A stretch of DNA of 62,323 nucleotides, filler included. It is 7 parts of 7 records of this genome, joined end to end, with 100 filler letters (N's around TTAATTAATTAA, not from the genome) between each part and the next. Parts side by side here need not be neighbours in the genome. Positions count along the whole stretch, not along the records: positions 18,308 to 32,429 come from SRR31156797_33393; positions 32,530 to 39,692 come from SRR31156797_33396; 5 more parts are not named here. The stretch is one strand, 5' to 3'. A program made the position numbers and the translations under genes. Of this stretch, positions 23,401 through 32,530 are shown one piece after another. Position 1 is the stretch's first letter. The number at the start of each line of letters is the position of its first letter. Under the pieces are notes generated by a model, which saw only the letters and a list, made by a program, of their open reading frames with translations, ran no database searches and was not told where the DNA came from.

Positions 23401-25681
23401 GACTGTTCTCGGCAACATGCTGGTTGGGAAAAAGTTGTTTGATGCCAACATATTTTTGCAGATGTCGTACTGGTAGTGAAGCATGGGCCGTAACCGCTCG
23501 TCCGTCTACATCAACAACTCTGGCATGAACAACGGCCTTAAGCGGCTGTTGGCTGAGTGGTATATCAGGCAGGGTGCAAAGGAGATTAGCGCTGCCCTTG
23601 CTGTCTGTTTCAACGGGGTCAAGATCCACAGCAGGGATATCCAGGCGAGCCCCTTCTCTGCCAAAATAATATCCTTTATATGCCTCAAAGGGGGAAGGAT
23701 CGTGAACTAACTCCATCCTGCCTTCGACCTGAAGTGATGACCCAGGGGAGCCGTAAAGGTAATTTGCCTGTACCTGCAGCGCTGCATTGGTCTCGAACCC
23801 CACAATACCTGACGGTTTTACTTTGACCTCTAAGCGTGGCGGAACAACGGCTTGTACCTGAAAATTGACCTTACCCACGGATTTGTCTTGTACATCCACA
23901 TACAGAGCAGCCGTCCAATCTCCAGTGCGGGCGGAGTCGGCAAGGGGCAGGGCTGCTGCATAGCTGCCCGATGCATCTTGAGGCAACAATCGCTCCAGTA
24001 CAGCTTTACCTTCCGGAGAAAGCAGGCGAAGGGTCAGTGGAGGACCATCAATCCCCACCCCTTTTTGATTACGAATTAAAGCCACCAAATTAACCGTTTC
24101 GCCGGGACGATACATACCTCTGTCACTGTACACGTACGCATCAATGGGGCCAGCAGCAGAACGACCACTGACCCCGCGATCACTGAGATCAAAGGGTGCG
24201 CGGCCAAGCTGCAAAAAAGTAAAACCGTGTTCAGGACCTTCTGTAACGAGTAACACAGCCTTCATGCCCCCTTCACCCTCAAGGAGGCCAAGGGCAAAAT
24301 GAGCTACCCCCTGATGATCAGTAAAAGCAGTTGACAGCAGCCTGTTGTTACGAGCATACAGGGTGACATCAATACCGCTGACAGGTAAGCCGCTTGCCAA
24401 ACTGCGGGCAACAACCGTCATGCCGTCATCACCTTTATAGGTAGTAAGGCCGACGTCAGTTACCACCAGCCACTGGCTTGAACGATCCTGCCATCTTCCA
24501 GGTTCCTGATCGCCGTCATCAGCTACAAGAACATAGAGACCTGGTGTTTGGATAATACTTTTCGGCAACACTAAGGCACTGGTGTGTTCAACGTCTTCTG
24601 GCGCTTCAATTTCAGTACTTCCCTGCCAGACCTTTTCTCCAACTGAGTTGCGTATTTTGTCGAGATTGTACTGATCGAGTTTTTTTCGAAACTTTGAGCG
24701 AACGAAATCACTGAGGATATTACGTTCATAGATGCGATACAGTTGCAATGCAATCTTGTTCGTGTTGACAGAGTGAAGTCCGATACTGGATTGGGAAGCC
24801 ATTGGTAAGACGTACGCATTTTGCTCGAACCAAATGGCAGGTGAACGATGGTCCGTCTCTATGGTAAGCTGTTTGCTTTCTTGCAGAGTTACCTCGTTTG
24901 CTGGTAATCCTTTACGAATGGTGACGGCATACTGCGCTCCGTACTCGGCTCCACCGATACAAATTTCCCTGCCGTCGACAATAAAGTCTGACTGCAGCTC
25001 TGGGACTATTCGAATGTAATCGCCATAATAAACACTGTTGTCGTCTACAAGTCGTTCATTAAACCGAAGACAGAGAGAGGGTTGTTTTCCTTTGATCCTG
25101 GTAAAAGAACGATTGAGTTTCAATGCAGGTTGTTGCTCTTGTACAGCTTGTTGCTCTTGCAGTGAGGTTATTTTTGTCTGTATGAATGCTGTATTCTCTA
25201 TTTCAAGAAGAGCGTTATAGGCAGTCAGTGCTGCCGGATTCCAATTATCCCTATAACTCCTTCTCTTCTCAAGGCTCTGGGCGAGTTGGAGTAAGATCGT
25301 TTTTTGTTGTTCAAGATTTCCTGGTTCCAGAGAGGCAAGGTATAAGGCCATACTTGCCTCATTCCACTGATCATCACAAGAAGCGGCCTTGGCAATGTTG
25401 AGCCAGTCAGCAGCATCACTTTGCGACTGATATCGGACAGATTGCTTGTAGAGTTTCAATGCTGTATAGCAGTTTTTTTCCTCCATCATGATTTTAGCAG
25501 CATTCCGCAGGATTCTGGCTTGTCTTGGTTTGGGGGCAACATCTTGCGCAAAACCAATTATTATCGAAAAGGTTGCTGCCTCTTCTGCCAAATCTGACCA
25601 TTCTTTTGACTCGACAGGAACGGTGAAGAAGAATAAAAAAATGAATATTGCCGTGAGTACTACAGATAAATGCTTCAGCAT
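20462..25681 (-). CDS. Bacterial alpha-2-macroglobulin (YfhM type)
   Basis: 1739 aa; YSDRGMYRPGE, LAAVDEG, PDFNGRLR, thioester motif YPYGCLEQ, DLLPAGFE and EDMYQPE. Confidence 0.93.
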   Translation of the reverse strand: MLKHLSVVLTAIFIFLFFFTVPVESKEWSDLAEEAATFSIIIGFAQDVAPKPRQARILRNAAKIMMEEKNCYTALKLYKQSVRYQSQSDAADWLNIAKAASCDDQWNEASMALYLASLEPGNLEQQKTILLQLAQSLEKRRSYRDNWNPAALTAYNALLEIENTAFIQTKITSLQEQQAVQEQQPALKLNRSFTRIKGKQPSLCLRFNERLVDDNSVYYGDYIRIVPELQSDFIVDGREICIGGAEYGAQYAVTIRKGLPANEVTLQESKQLTIETDHRSPAIWFEQNAYVLPMASQSSIGLHSVNTNKIALQLYRIYERNILSDFVRSKFRKKLDQYNLDKIRNSVGEKVWQGSTEIEAPEDVEHTSALVLPKSIIQTPGLYVLVADDGDQEPGRWQDRSSQWLVVTDVGLTTYKGDDGMTVVARSLASGLPVSGIDVTLYARNNRLLSTAFTDHQGVAHFALGLLEGEGGMKAVLLVTEGPEHGFTFLQLGRAPFDLSDRGVSGRSAAGPIDAYVYSDRGMYRPGETVNLVALIRNQKGVGIDGPPLTLRLLSPEGKAVLERLLPQDASGSYAAALPLADSARTGDWTAALYVDVQDKSVGKVNFQVQAVVPPRLEVKVKPSGIVGFETNAALQVQANYLYGSPGSSLQVEGRMELVHDPSPFEAYKGYYFGREGARLDIPAVDLDPVETDSKGSANLLCTLPDIPLSQQPLKAVVHARVVDVDGRAVTAHASLPVRHLQKYVGIKQLFPNQHVAENSHANFDIIILDTDGIPVPAADFHYRLVEEEIDYQWFIKNGNWGYERIMNDLEVETGKLDATISTPAALSIYVAQGSYRLEVRGADSSLLASRRFVAGDQVQGTNNAPDAVKLVLEQPQYKVGATAHIRIKAPYSGEASLILAGTDVHSIQHFHLDALTHELDIPVQAEWGPGTYALVTVYRPAAGSKKGAGRAMGLVWIGVDQADKQLGVHLEVPEKTRPRQTIKIPVTIEGGTAGEAIGMTLAAVDEGVLQMTDFVSPNPHAYFFGKQQLGTEIRDLYGQLIIGPDSRPLSLRTGAGDNSRRGAAESNVRAVSLFSGVVKMSDEGVVNIPLTLPDFNGRLRLMAVAWSKTKMGSVSHDLQVSDPVVVSPSLPRFLARGDNSTMQVLLENIDGPEGEYHIECTSSGAVRLSSGAWQQIILEHGKRKSVDVSIMAKSIGSGKVHVKVSGPRGYSYSGDFALNVRGKYLPLLTRNFSRLNPGDTLIVDSQLTQGLYPETAQVAVSISSTPNLDVPGLLAELDRYPYGCLEQLTSRAMPLLYANLLAQRWQYPLDNDLAGRIGEAIDLILQKQRMDGSFGLWSDRSFPEPWLTSYAMEFLSRAREQGFAVPDFFYNKGIQWLTQLVVEAHQPNQDELAALAYAHYVLASVGQGKPEDARYLFDNYRGASFAPLALAQLSGALALQGDIERAIKGYAAALKLDESETKYWQSYGTRLRDLAGTINVRYASSPGLADPAAAWEELTRLLANKQYLSTQEQAWLVMAALTLEPSKPLLLEVDSKAVAQDKDFFLLQRSGQELATPTSLLNSGQTAVWVSTTLQGSPAQEPPVAANGFNLQRRWYNDHGEPIAMDMECQQGDLFVVVLEGKVSASKQYRALIVDLLPAGFEIEKTAINTDQDSIFSWLTESSPTLYEDALDDRYVAALNTEALDRDEYDTSNRTFTLAYLVRAVTPGTYTLPPSEVEDMYQPEYRARTKAGQVTIGK

Positions 25682-25763
25682 TTGTAATGCTCTCCAGTCC
25701 GGTTGAATAATAAAGGTTAGCCCTTAATAGATACTGCAAAAAATGTTTACAAGAGGATAGTAC

Positions 25764-25795
25764 GTAGTGTGGATGCGCTCCGCTTATCCACACTA
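25764..25795 (+). repeat. GTAG-type REP-like palindrome
   Basis: G-TAGTGTGGAT-gcgctccgctt-ATCCACACTA: 10-bp perfect arms starting with GTAG. Confidence 0.6.
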
Positions 25796-26057
25796 AAGAA
25801 GTGGCACCTATTTGTTGTGAGGGTGATTTCCTGTATATTACCGCAAATTAACAGAAATAATTTTCACGGTAACAGGTTCTTCTTGCAGAGAGTATCACTC
25901 CATGAACAATATACTGTATCAAGTTGTGTGCAGGCAGTGAAATACATTCCATTATTTTCCACAGTAACAGTATTGATTGAGTTATTTCATAGGGTACCAT
26001 TAAAATCAAATCAAACGATACCTCCGGGCAATGGTGTGATAAATAGAATACTCTAGT

Positions 26058-26082
26058 TGGGAGGACAAATAGCGTCCTACCA
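26058..26082. promoter_or_regulatory. Candidate WYL-regulator operator TGGgAGGAC-N7-GTCCTaCCA
   Basis: 8 of 9 bp inverted repeat with a 7-nt spacer, ending 20 bp before the WYL gene start. Confidence 0.6.
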
Positions 26083-26102
26083 GATAACGCAGGAAAACTA
26101 TT

Positions 26103-27071
26103 ATGGCAAAATACAAACCGCAGCATTCAAGATTACTTTTTATAGATCGTAAGATACGAGAAGGGAGGTACCCAAATTGTTCTTCATTGGCGGGAGAATG
26201 GGAGGTGAGTCCTAAGACCATCCAGAGAGATCTGGAATACATGCGTTATCAGCTTGATGCGCCTCTCCAATATTTGGCCAAAAAACGTGGTTATTATTAC
26301 ACTGAAGAACAGTATCAGTTGCCAGCCATTGAAATTCGGGAAAGTGATCTCTTTGGGGTGTATTTAGCCGAAAAACTTCTTGTTCAATACGAAGGCACGC
26401 CCATTTACGATAGTCTCTGCTCGGTTTTTAATAAGATTGAAGAGTCCCTGCCTGATAAAATCTCTATGGACCCGGAGAGAGAGCAAGCAAAATTTACCGT
26501 TATCCCTACATTCTCTACCACTATTGACGCTGCTGTTTGGGAAACAATGATCAATTGTCTGCGATCATCGCAGCAGGTAAGAATCCAATACAAAACACCA
26601 GGAAAAGAACCAGAGAGTAGAACTCTTGACCCGTATCATGCTGTTCGTTTTGAGGGCGATTGGTACGTGATGGGGTATTGTCACCTGCGTGATGCCATTC
26701 GGACTTTTAGTTTATCCCGGATTATATCAATCAAAAAGACCGGTAAATCATTTCAGGTTCCTGACGACTTTGACTTTCAAAAATTGACAGGAAGTCATTT
26801 CGGTATCCACTGGGGGGATGGGGATGTTGAGGTGAAAATTCGTTTCAATATGCGGGTTGCAGATTATGTTCGAGAGAGGGTATGGCATGCAACTCAGGAA
26901 TTAGAAGATTGCCAAAATGGTGATGTCATTTTGTCGCTAACAGTAAATCATCTGTTGGAATTAAAGCGTTGGGTCCTGTCTTGGGGAAACGATGCTCAGG
27001 TATTATCTCCAGATGGATTTATTCAGGACATCAGACAAACATTACACCAAGCAGCGAGTGGGTACGCATGA
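26103..27071 (+). CDS. wHTH-WYL-WCX transcriptional regulator (PafB/DriD/YafY-like)
   Basis: N-terminal HTH (EVSPKTIQRDLEYMR), WYL domain (LDPYH, WYVMGYCHLR, RTFSLSRI) and WCX (WVLSWGNDAQVLSP). Confidence 0.92.
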   Translation: MAKYKPQHSRLLFIDRKIREGRYPNCSSLAGEWEVSPKTIQRDLEYMRYQLDAPLQYLAKKRGYYYTEEQYQLPAIEIRESDLFGVYLAEKLLVQYEGTPIYDSLCSVFNKIEESLPDKISMDPEREQAKFTVIPTFSTTIDAAVWETMINCLRSSQQVRIQYKTPGKEPESRTLDPYHAVRFEGDWYVMGYCHLRDAIRTFSLSRIISIKKTGKSFQVPDDFDFQKLTGSHFGIHWGDGDVEVKIRFNMRVADYVRERVWHATQELEDCQNGDVILSLTVNHLLELKRWVLSWGNDAQVLSPDGFIQDIRQTLHQAASGYA

Positions 27072-27194
27072 TGGGTGGTCTATACTATGCTGGCCGGCAC
27101 AAAAAGCTTTTAGAATCTCTCTCTTTATCCTGCACGGCGAGTTTTAAATTCGCTGAATGGTAATCCTTTTATTACAATTGTGGAGCAGAAAATC

Positions 27195-27725
27195 ATGCAT
27201 ATCCGAATAGCAACGAGTCACGATCTTGATGGTGTCAGCGGGGTCCACTTAAGTGCTTTCTCTGAGGGCGAGAGAGAGAGTGTTTCGAAACTCGCTGTCA
27301 ATCTGCTTTATGAAGAGACAACTCCTCAAACTATATCCTTAGTAGCTGAAACCGGTAACGCTGTGGTTGGTCACATAGCGTTCAGTCCTTTGAAAATCGA
27401 GAACAGCCAAAATATACAGGGCTATATTTTGGCACCACTTGGCGTAAGACCTCCATATCAGAAACGTCGTGTTGGATCAAAACTAATAGAAACCGGCATG
27501 CAAAGGTTATTAAAAATGGGGGTACATGTATTGTTTGTTTATGGTGACCCTCAATATTACAGCAGATTTGGTTTCAATGCCGATGCTGCCTCTCTCTATA
27601 TTCCACCCTATAAGATTCAATATCCTTCTGGGTGGCAGGCCATCATCCTTAACGAACATGATGTCGCAAAATTACCTGCCAAAATAGTTTGCGTTAATTC
27701 GTTATGTGATGCAGAGCTGTGGTAA
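27195..27725 (+). CDS. GNAT N-acetyltransferase (YhbS-like)
   Basis: VVGHIAFSP, LAPLGVRPPYQKRRVGSKLI and VYGDPQYYSRFGF; GGAG RBS before the ATG at 27195. Confidence 0.88.
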   Translation: MHIRIATSHDLDGVSGVHLSAFSEGERESVSKLAVNLLYEETTPQTISLVAETGNAVVGHIAFSPLKIENSQNIQGYILAPLGVRPPYQKRRVGSKLIETGMQRLLKMGVHVLFVYGDPQYYSRFGFNADAASLYIPPYKIQYPSGWQAIILNEHDVAKLPAKIVCVNSLCDAELW

Positions 27726-27871
27726 CCGCATTGCTAACAAACCGCAATGACCAAGCGGGCCAGGCTAGTAAATGCGCTGCAGAAGTTACAGGCATACGTA
27801 CTGCTCATAGGAGTGCCTCCTTAAGAGAGCCGTACCTGGAATACATGTTTGTACGACCCCCGTTTTTGAAA

Positions 27872-28405
27872 TTATTTTTCGGCTGACCATCTATTCCAAT
27901 GTAGTCTGGCCGACTCAAATTTATCGGTTGTTTTTGATGGTTGAACTGGGTAGCCAATGGGGATAAGGTTGAGTGGTATGAGATGATTTGGTAATGAAAG
28001 TGTGGAGGAAACAATTTTTACTCTTTCATCAGAAGGATAAACACCGGTCCATACTGCTCCCAAGCCTATGGCCTCTGCTGCAAGAAGAATGTTTTGGGTC
28101 GCAGCAGAGCAATCTTGAACCCAGAAGGCCTGTTCCCAATCGGGCAGTGTTCTATTAAGGTCTCCGCAAACAACTATTGCTGCCGGAGCGTTTTTAACCA
28201 TTTTCGCATATGGTAATTTCTCGGCCAGCACCTCAAGAATTTCCTTATCTGTTAATAAGATAAACTCCCATGGCTGTTTATTGGCAGCTGTTGGTGCAGC
28301 CATTGCCGCTTGGGTTAATAATTCCAATTGCTCTGCCGAAACTGCTTTTTCAGAGAATTTCCTGATACTTCTTCGCCGGAGTATAACATTTATGAATTCG
28401 TTCAT
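27872..28405 (-). CDS. Nitroreductase-family flavoprotein
   Basis: RRSIRKF, APTAANKQPW, QDCSAATQNILLAA and IGYP. Confidence 0.92.
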   Translation of the reverse strand: MNEFINVILRRRSIRKFSEKAVSAEQLELLTQAAMAAPTAANKQPWEFILLTDKEILEVLAEKLPYAKMVKNAPAAIVVCGDLNRTLPDWEQAFWVQDCSAATQNILLAAEAIGLGAVWTGVYPSDERVKIVSSTLSLPNHLIPLNLIPIGYPVQPSKTTDKFESARLHWNRWSAEK

Positions 28406-28781
28406 TTTTTTGTGCCTCTTTAACTTTTTTTTACAACCAGTACATGCACTAGATGAGATAAATCGGTGGCTTACACCTTAATATAGTCCCATCGGAAACC
28501 TCCATTACATCCAACTCTTTTTAAGTTGACCTTGCTTTTATATAAAGAGGGTAGGCTTCAAAAAAAAACCTGCACGTTTGTTTTTGTTAAAACGATTTAA
28601 CGGACTGTATCTAAAAAATACGGGAAGGCAGAGATGCGGCTTCTATAATTAGCACTCACTGGATACATTTATGGCGTCGGAAGAGTACTGTTGTCATATG
28701 CCTACCCGCATCTCAGCACCAACTTGCTCAAACATCGTTACGACCGCCTTCCATAAAAGGAATTACGTGTCTCCCAGGTTT

Positions 28782-29540
28782 TCAGTTGGAGATATTACTT
28801 GCGGCCAGCAAATCAAGGATATTTCCGGCAATAATACGGTCCTTTTCCCGTTCTGAAATCTTCAGCCGCAAGACTTTATTTAATTCGTTTTTCGGATTGC
28901 CAAAAGGAAAATCCGAACCAAAAAATAAGCGTTCGATACCAAAATGCTGAATATAGTCCTGTATCTCATACGAAGCGGCTAGGGCGGTATCGGCATAGAC
29001 ATTTGGTAAAGCCCACAGGCCGTTACTCTTGATAGCGTCATAACCGCCATTGAGGCCGCCCAGATGAGGGATAATCACCTTGACGCCAGGGGCAATCTCT
29101 TGAATAAACTGAAGGGTGTTAGCCAGTTCTTCTTCCAGTACCACCGGCATGTCCCGTTTCCTGATCTCCTCCACCGCCTTTGTACACAATTCACTGGTAT
29201 AGTGATACTCAGGCTCATCATCGTGGCGATGCCATTTGATCCCCTTGTGCTCGGCAGCTAATTGGTCAACTGCAAAATCGTTCCAGATAAAAAAATAAGG
29301 GAATACTCGAAAATTATCTGTACTGATATACAACAGGTACTCATTGGCACTTTGTCGCCTTTGCTGCCAGTAGGCTGTATCTTCAAATTGATAATCCCAG
29401 CGATCATAGATCTCGGCAACTGGGGGAAACATCACCGCCCCGGTAATACCGGACCCGCTGCTATAGTGTAAATAATCCTGTAATGCCTGCGGTGGAGAAG
29501 TGTCCTGAATACCGCAGTGCACATGCGCATCAATAATCAT
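28782..29540 (-). CDS. Amidohydrolase_2-family metal-dependent hydrolase
   Basis: IIDAHVH, IIPHLGG, NVYADTA and LFFGSDFPF. Confidence 0.88.
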   Translation of the reverse strand: MIIDAHVHCGIQDTSPPQALQDYLHYSSGSGITGAVMFPPVAEIYDRWDYQFEDTAYWQQRRQSANEYLLYISTDNFRVFPYFFIWNDFAVDQLAAEHKGIKWHRHDDEPEYHYTSELCTKAVEEIRKRDMPVVLEEELANTLQFIQEIAPGVKVIIPHLGGLNGGYDAIKSNGLWALPNVYADTALAASYEIQDYIQHFGIERLFFGSDFPFGNPKNELNKVLRLKISEREKDRIIAGNILDLLAASNISN

Positions 29541-29700
29541 TTTTCCTCCTCATAACTCTATTGCCGAACAACTCTTTCAAACCCGAAGCTTCTACCTTCT
29601 TTCTCTTTTTCTGCAAGTAGCTTTGACCCTGTAAAAAACATCGTCCACTTATACCCTCTACTCGAAACATGATGTGGTAGCCAATGTTTTGATTCAGGTC

Positions 29701-31437
29701 TCAACGAAAGATGGTATCAATGCCCATGGCACGCTTGCGAGCAAACTTAGGCATTGTCTTCGGCCGAGTCCAGATGAGCACCCGGTAGATTATACCGAGG
29801 AGGTGCAGGGTGAGCAGATGGTCAATGAGCCGATATCCTCTCTTGTTCCGAACCATTGCTTTTAGCAGCCAGTTCAGGTGTCGCCGTTTCAGGGAAAAAG
29901 GAGTGAAGTTGGTCTTGACCCGGTACCTGGGGCGTTTTTTTTTGGGATAACGTTTCTTGTACTTACGTTTGGCATCCCTGATGCGTTCCCGCATCGACTC
30001 GTCGTAGGAGAGCAAGTAATATTCCCTGGCCAGGGCAAGCAGGTGGAAAGTATCTTCCATATACCGCAGGTCCTCTAATGCTGGTTCTGGTAGCCCTAAA
30101 TCGACAGCAATCTTCTGCATGCGTTTTATTTTGTCTAATGCAAGGTATCCCACCTCAACACATCTTTCTTTTTCGGTCACCAAGGATAGCAGCACCTTGC
30201 GCACCGAATGGTTGATGAAAATGTTGTTCCATAGCACCGACAGCAGGGGCGGGATTCGTACCCGACGGAAGAACAGTTTTTTGTCGGCAACCTCGCTGAT
30301 GTACAATAACTCCTTGATAACCTCGTCATCAAGCTGCAGCAATTCCAGGAATTCTTTTGGATCTGTGCAGCCGATCTGGTCACAAAAGGCTATGACCGCT
30401 TCTTCGACAGGCCATCCATGTTGAAATAGCTTAAGGGTGACGAAGCTGTTGAGCTCATTCCAGAAGCCTGCAGGTTCCAGGTAGGTAAGTCGTCGAAACG
30501 GCAGCCAACCACCGGTCTGGCACCAGACACTGATGCCTGCCATGGCGTCAGCATTTTTTAATTGGCGTGCATATGCCTCATAGTCCCAGCCGATGAAAGA
30601 AGGATACTCACCACAGCCCTCGTACTCCCTCTTTGCCTGCAACTCAATGAGCTTGCGCACTTTGGTGCGGAAAAATTGTTTATTGAGGGGAAGGTACCGG
30701 AAGAAGTCTGATTCACCATACTTCATTGACAGGATAAAGTTTGGGCTTTCAATGCCCTGCAGTGCCTTGGCCATGGTGCGGCGATGCCAGCTGAAGTCCC
30801 CGATGGGATGCGCGCCGACGGTCCAGGTTCTGAGGATCATTGTTCGCTGGTGGTGTTCGAAGATGGGCAGTAAACTGTGGAGCAGGCTGTTGACCTGTCT
30901 GGGAGTATGCAGAAACAGTTTACTCTTAAAGTCTCCTTTGACATCCTTGCCGTCACACTCTCCGATTCGCAGGATGAGGCCGGTGATTTCGGGAAAACAG
31001 GAAAACACGGTATCTATCTGTCGTTTAAGGAATGCCGTTGCTCTTTTACGACTACCGTTGATCTTTGTCTCCAGGCCAGGTGTATACGTCAGAACATCCA
31101 TGGTCAGATAGATATCCAGATCATGTCTCTTGAGAAGGGCGAACAGCGGATGAAACTCCTCTTGATAGATGGCGATAATTTGATTGATTTGAGGTTCATG
31201 CCAAGAATCTTGGCTTAAATGGGCGACATCATCAAGGCTGACGCTGTTGTAGCCGACTCTGCTGACAGCAGCGGCAAATGTATCCAGGTCCCTGGTTATA
31301 TGATCAAACTGCTTCCTACGCTGCTTAGGGCGGATCTGCAACTGGTGGAACGGGATTTTGGACCAGTTGATCCGTTGGCCCTTCACTCCGCGAAAGAACG
31401 GGCCAATGGCGTCAATCAGGAATATTTCCATCGGCAA
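29701..31437 (-). CDS. Uncharacterised 578-aa protein, possibly a glycoside-hydrolase-like TIM barrel
   Basis: Long intact ORF with blocks GLILRIGECDG, ILRTWTVG, SMKYGESDFF and ELQAKREYEG. The fold guess is inference only. Confidence 0.5.
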   Translation of the reverse strand: MPMEIFLIDAIGPFFRGVKGQRINWSKIPFHQLQIRPKQRRKQFDHITRDLDTFAAAVSRVGYNSVSLDDVAHLSQDSWHEPQINQIIAIYQEEFHPLFALLKRHDLDIYLTMDVLTYTPGLETKINGSRKRATAFLKRQIDTVFSCFPEITGLILRIGECDGKDVKGDFKSKLFLHTPRQVNSLLHSLLPIFEHHQRTMILRTWTVGAHPIGDFSWHRRTMAKALQGIESPNFILSMKYGESDFFRYLPLNKQFFRTKVRKLIELQAKREYEGCGEYPSFIGWDYEAYARQLKNADAMAGISVWCQTGGWLPFRRLTYLEPAGFWNELNSFVTLKLFQHGWPVEEAVIAFCDQIGCTDPKEFLELLQLDDEVIKELLYISEVADKKLFFRRVRIPPLLSVLWNNIFINHSVRKVLLSLVTEKERCVEVGYLALDKIKRMQKIAVDLGLPEPALEDLRYMEDTFHLLALAREYYLLSYDESMRERIRDAKRKYKKRYPKKKRPRYRVKTNFTPFSLKRRHLNWLLKAMVRNKRGYRLIDHLLTLHLLGIIYRVLIWTRPKTMPKFARKRAMGIDTIFR

Positions 31438-31648
31438 TGGGCATTGGTCAGCCGGTAATGAGAGGGTAGTATAAGCTTGGGTTTGAACTGTTAAGAATCG
31501 AACCCGCCTAAGTTGGGATGCTACACATCCGCTGCATTCAGAATCTGATGCTACACTTCAGATGTTTTGCTTTGGTTACAAAATGATGAAAAGATGATTG
31601 GCGGCCTGGATGGTAAAACGGATCGAACTGGAAATTTGTGAAGCTGAA

Positions 31649-32305
31649 TCACATCAACTGCAAGCTGCTGCTGGAGATGTACTGACCCAGCCCCAAAGTA
31701 TAAAGCAGGCAGCCATATAGGGCATGCTCAATGGCGACTACTGTTATGGAGCGAGATTTTTGATAGGTGAGGCCGAAAAGCAGGCCGCCAATTACCGCAA
31801 GGGCAACGGCGACCATGTTGCCATAGATGATGTGTCCGAAACCGAAAGCGAAGCTGCTGGCACCAATGAGTAGGCAGTCGCTGGTAAAAAGACTGCGGTA
31901 ACGTTGAAAGAAAAAGCCCCGATAGATGAGTTCTTGCGGGTAGACCGAAATCAGGCTGTAGAAAAGAAGCACCCCTATCCAGAGCATGAACGACTGGCGG
32001 GGAAGATTGAATAGAGATTGGGGGTTGGTGAACAGAAGGAGGCAAGAGACAGCAAGGGTTATCAAGGAGCAGATTGCGGCAAATCGGGGCCAAAAATGAC
32101 GAACTGCCGCAAAGCCTCCAAAATGTTCCCAGCGAAAAGCATGGTGCTGGTACAGATACCAGGCAGCCACCGTGCTGGCGACAAGCAAAATCGGCACGGG
32201 ATTGAATATCCCTATCATCTGGGAAAGAATCACCGGCAGGCAGAGAAAGAGGCCTACGAATTCCAGCCCAAGTAACATTTTTCTTCTCATTGTTTTGGCG
32301 TTCAT
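31649..32305 (-). CDS. CPBP (Abi/CAAX) family intramembrane metalloprotease
   Basis: Multiple TM segments; QELIYRG, FGFGH and EHALYG motifs. Confidence 0.82.
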   Translation of the reverse strand: MNAKTMRRKMLLGLEFVGLFLCLPVILSQMIGIFNPVPILLVASTVAAWYLYQHHAFRWEHFGGFAAVRHFWPRFAAICSLITLAVSCLLLFTNPQSLFNLPRQSFMLWIGVLLFYSLISVYPQELIYRGFFFQRYRSLFTSDCLLIGASSFAFGFGHIIYGNMVAVALAVIGGLLFGLTYQKSRSITVVAIEHALYGCLLYTLGLGQYISSSSLQLM

Positions 32306-32400
32306 TTCTCACACCTTTCACGCATTCATAAAAATACAACATGAACTGTCCTTAACGGGTTGTCAAATAGTTTTGTTAGCATTTTGTTAATTTTTAATGA

Positions 32401-32429
32401 GGATGGAAGGATGGAAGGATGGAAGGATG
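32401..32429 (+). repeat. Octamer tandem repeat (GGATGGAA)n at contig end
   Basis: GGATGGAA x3 plus GGATG, running into the spacer. Confidence 0.8.
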
Positions 32430-32529
32430 NNNNNNNNNNNNNNNNNNNNNNNNNNNNNNNNNNNNNNNNNNNNTTAATTAATTAANNNNNNNNNNNNNNN
32501 NNNNNNNNNNNNNNNNNNNNNNNNNNNNN
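32430..32529. other. Artificial contig spacer
   Basis: N44-TTAATTAATTAA-N44. Confidence 0.97.
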
Positions 32530-32530
32530 T

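Noticed and set aside
25784-25792. DnaA box TTATCCACA suggesting an origin
   Set aside because: Single box forming one arm of a REP-like palindrome; no box cluster or dnaA context.
18624-25793. Many short ORFs overlapping pbpC and alpha-2-macroglobulin (likewise inside narG, narH and other long genes)
   Set aside because: Shadow or alternate-frame ORFs inside well-supported genes, with no recognisable motifs.
27731-27793. Integron attC site after the GNAT gene (GCTAAC...GTTAC)
   Set aside because: The right end does not fit GTTRRRY, internal pairing is poor, and there is no integrase or second cassette.
28481-28610. MITE bounded by ATATAGTCCC / CGGACTGTAT
   Set aside because: Only an 8 of 10 inverted match, no clear target duplication and no second copy.
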